In this document: one piece after another, positions 61,294 through 64,000 of the stretch
Layout: the number at the start of each line of letters is the position of its first letter
How positions within the stretch are numbered: the stretch's first letter is position 1
From: Rickettsiales bacterium
Lineage (GTDB): Bacteria; Pseudomonadota; Alphaproteobacteria; Rickettsiales; UBA1997
DNA: 64,000 nucleotides
Assembly (NCBI GenBank): GCA_947442475.1
Contig: CANEVP010000003.1
Location: forward strand, 17,204-81,203
Direction: 5' to 3'
Position numbers and translations under genes: made by a program
The notes under the pieces: generated by a model
The model's database searches: none
Seen by the model: only the letters and a program-made list of their open reading frames with translations
What the model was told of the DNA's origin: nothing

Positions 61294-61722
61294 ATGAGCA
61301 ATAAATTACAGCCCTTTCATTTGGCGATGCCTGTTAATGATTTAGCAAAAACTAGGCAATTTTACGGTGAGTTTTTGGGCTTTGCAGAAGGTCGCTCTAA
61401 CGACCATTGGATTGATTGGAATTTTTTTGGTCACCAATTTGTCACTCATTTACATCCGCAAAAAACTGAAACAATTACCAACGCCGTTGACGGTCACGGC
61501 GTGCCGGTGCCGCATTTTGGCGTGGTGTTGGAATGGCAACAATGGCATGATTTTGCCGACCGCCTCAAAGCTCACAATGTAAAATTTATGATTGAACCCT
61601 ACATCCGTTTCAGAGGAAAAATTGGTGAGCAGGCGACAATGTTTTTTTGTGATCCAAGTGGCAATGCGCTAGAGTTTAAAGCTTTTTTCGACATCTCGCA
61701 ACTTTTTGCTAAATATGAGTAA
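61294..61722 (+). CDS. VOC/glyoxalase-family protein
   Basis: [31 protein letters not shown] at 61294. Confidence 0.9.
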   Translation: MSNKLQPFHLAMPVNDLAKTRQFYGEFLGFAEGRSNDHWIDWNFFGHQFVTHLHPQKTETITNAVDGHGVPVPHFGVVLEWQQWHDFADRLKAHNVKFMIEPYIRFRGKIGEQATMFFCDPSGNALEFKAFFDISQLFAKYE

Positions 61723-62624
61723 GCTAACTTTTGAAGATGTTTTTGAAGCTCGCGAACGCATCAAAAAATACATTGTAAATACAGCAATAATTTCGAATGA
61801 AAAATTAAATCAAGAGCTTGGTGCGCAGGTTTTTTTTAAAATGGAAAATCAGCAGGTGACCAAGTCTTTTAAGGCTCGCGGGGCGCTTAATGCGATTTTA
61901 ACTTACAAAGAAAAACACGGAAATTTTCCCGAAAAAATTGTTGTGCAAAGTTCGGGAAATCACGCGCAGCCAATTGCTTTTGCTTGTAAGCAGTTTGGAA
62001 TTAAAGCTTTGATTTACATGATTTCTTAAGGCGGCGCGCGATTTAGGTGCAGAAGTTGTGCTGCTAGAAAAAAGGTCGGATGTAAATAAAATGGCCGAAG
62101 AAAAACAAAAAGAAGGCTACTTTTTTATTCACCCCTCAGCTGACGCAGATGTGATTTGCGGCCAAGGCACAGCAACTCTTGAGGCGCTTTTGAAAATTGG
62201 TGAAGTTGATGCAATTTTTGCGCCTTGTGGCGGCGGAGGATTAGTTTCGGGATGCTTTTTAGCAGCGCAAAAATTGTCGCCAAATGCTTTAACTTTTGCC
62301 TGTGAACCCTTGAGCGCCAACGACGTAGCAAATTCTCTGCGCGCTGGAAAAATTGTCGGTTTTGACGACACGCCAAATACTATTGCTGATGGCGCCAGAA
62401 CCTTAAAGACCTCAGAAATCTGTTTTGCTTACATTAAACAAATGGTGGGAGTGCTAGAAATCTCTGAAGAAGAAATTGCGCAGTGGCAAAAAAAACTCTC
62501 AGAAATTTTAGAGCAAAAAATTGAGCCAACTTCTGCTTTGGCAATTGCGGGTGCGGCGCAAATTTTAAAAAGTAGAAAAGCTGCGAAAATTTTGGTGGTA
62601 ATTTCGGGTGGAAATATTGAGTAG
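61715..62624 (+). pseudogene. Serine/threonine dehydratase-family gene split by a frameshifting deletion near 62025
   Basis: N-half has SFKARGA and SSGNHAQ and ends IYMIS*; C-half resumes KAARDLGAEVV...GGGGL...SGGN in another frame. Confidence 0.85.
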
Positions 62625-62627
62625 GTG

Positions 62628-62652
62628 AATTTTGAGCACAGTGCTCAAAATT
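62628..62652. terminator. Perfect palindrome between convergent genes
   Basis: AATTTTGAGCAC-A-GTGCTCAAAATT. Confidence 0.5.
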
Positions 62653-63346
62653 AACTTTTAGCCAGTGTTTCCAGGGGTTTAGATTTAAAATCCAACGCAA
62701 CCAGATAAGTTTCTGACGAGCCTTTTCTCGAAGATTCTGGTTTGAAATAACGCACGATTGAAAAGTTTTTTCTAAGCTTTTTTAAGATTTCATCCGAGCT
62801 GCCGCCTTGAAAAATTTTACCAACGAAGCATCCGCCGTCGCTTAAAATTTTTCCGGCTAAGTCCAAAGCTTCTTCAAGCAAACCAATGATTCGCATGTGG
62901 TCGGTTGTATTGTCGCCCGTGGTGTTTGCGGCCATGTCGCTTAAAACCGCGTCGCACCTGCCGCTTTTATTGTGGGGAATTTCTTTGAGGCGCGAAATAA
63001 TTTTTTCGGGCGCTTCGGCTTCCAAAAAATCTTGCTGAAAAAAATTCACTCCAACTAGCGAATCAATTTCAAGCAAATCAATTGCCACCACATTGCCTTC
63101 GCCAACTTTAGTTACAGCGTATTGCGACCAGCCGCCGGGAGCTGCGCCCAAATCGACAACGATTTTTCCTTTTTTGAAAATTTTAAATTTTTCATCGACT
63201 TCAATAATTTTAAAAGCAGCGCGCGACCGCCAACCTTCAAGCTTGGCGCGCTCAACAAAAGGATCGTTAATCTGGCGCAGAATCCATTTCTGTGACGATT
63301 TTTTTAGGCGTTTGGCTTTTTTTAATCTTTGAGCAACTTGAGGCAT
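62651..63346 (-). CDS. rlmE: 23S rRNA Um2552 methyltransferase
   Basis: RSRAAFK, DLGAAPGGWSQ, SDMA, KP.SSR..S.E.Y. Confidence 0.96.
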   Translation of the reverse strand: MPQVAQRLKKAKRLKKSSQKWILRQINDPFVERAKLEGWRSRAAFKIIEVDEKFKIFKKGKIVVDLGAAPGGWSQYAVTKVGEGNVVAIDLLEIDSLVGVNFFQQDFLEAEAPEKIISRLKEIPHNKSGRCDAVLSDMAANTTGDNTTDHMRIIGLLEEALDLAGKILSDGGCFVGKIFQGGSSDEILKKLRKNFSIVRYFKPESSRKGSSETYLVALDFKSKPLETLAKS

Positions 63347-63458
63347 TTAATACCAAATCTAAAATTTATTAATACCAAATTGATTTGGTATTAGGGGTTC
63401 CCCGCAAAGCGGGGCGTGGCTTATGCCACGTTAAAATGAATTGGATTAAATCTTAGAT

Positions 63459-63635
63459 TTAATCCAATTTTCTGGCTTCATCAACCAGCATCACGGGAAT
63501 TCCGTCTTTTACTTGGTAGGCCAATTTTGATTCGTGGCAAATTAGCTCACTATTTTTTTCGTCGTAAATTACTTCGCCCTTACATAAAGGGCAGACAAGG
63601 ATTTTCAGCAGTTTGGGCGAGATTTTTTTTGGCAT
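63459..63635 (-). CDS. Trm112-family protein
   Basis: [12 protein letters not shown]...[12 protein letters not shown]; likely ATG at 63635. Confidence 0.9.
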   Translation of the reverse strand: MPKKISPKLLKILVCPLCKGEVIYDEKNSELICHESKLAYQVKDGIPVMLVDEARKLD

Positions 63636-63708
63636 TAATTTCTTGAAAAAATTTCGAGGAAAAATACTTTGCCCCGCTTCATTTTTTAAATCAAACGCTG
63701 GTGCAACA

Positions 63709-64000
63709 TTGGTAAAGAAAATCTCAACAATTGGCATAATCGGTGGCGGACAATTGGGTCGAATGATCTGCTTTTCTGCTCACAAAATGGGCTTTCGCAC
63801 CGTGGTATTTACTGACCAAGAAAATTCACCGGCAAGTTTTGTAACCAGCAGCGTGATTGTTGGTGATTACCAAGACCAAGCGGCGCTAAAAAAATTCGCC
63901 AGTTTGGTTGATGTGGCCACTTTTGAATTTGAGAATATTCCAGTTGCAGGCGTTAGCTTCTTGGCTTCAGAGGTGGATGTTTTTCCAAATCCCCAAGTTT
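63709..64000 (+). CDS. purK: N5-CAIR synthase, 3'-truncated by the window edge
   Basis: [13 protein letters not shown]...TFEFENIP (not in the ORF track); TTG start. Confidence 0.92.
   Translation, partial: MVKKISTIGIIGGGQLGRMICFSAHKMGFRTVVFTDQENSPASFVTSSVIVGDYQDQAALKKFASLVDVATFEFENIPVAGVSFLASEVDVFPNPQV

Overview
AT-rich alphaproteobacterial chromosome segment (Rickettsiales-like, inferred from gene content and palindromic repeats). Positions 1-11.5 kb hold a type I-F CRISPR-Cas locus: the 3' part of cas3, then cas8f, cas5f, cas7f, cas6f, a leader and an array of 89 repeats and 88 spacers whose repeat has an atypical GCGCGC 5' end. The most notable feature is an orphan PemK/MazF-family nuclease gene inserted between cas3 and cas8f. 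It has no protein antitoxin, but its 3' end is structured and a possible antisense promoter points back into it. Further defence-type genes follow: hipBA, a type III R-M system abutting an HEXXH protein, and later a membrane protein paired with an ImmA/IrrE protease. An ~8.3 kb satellite-like element is integrated at tRNA-Thr(TGT) with 49-bp att repeats. The remainder is mostly housekeeping, including prfB with its +1 frameshift, a probable oriC next to hemE, a tRNA(CAT) preceded by a duplicated and antisense copy of its own 5' end, and two disrupted genes. All calls come from reading motifs by eye; no database searches were run.
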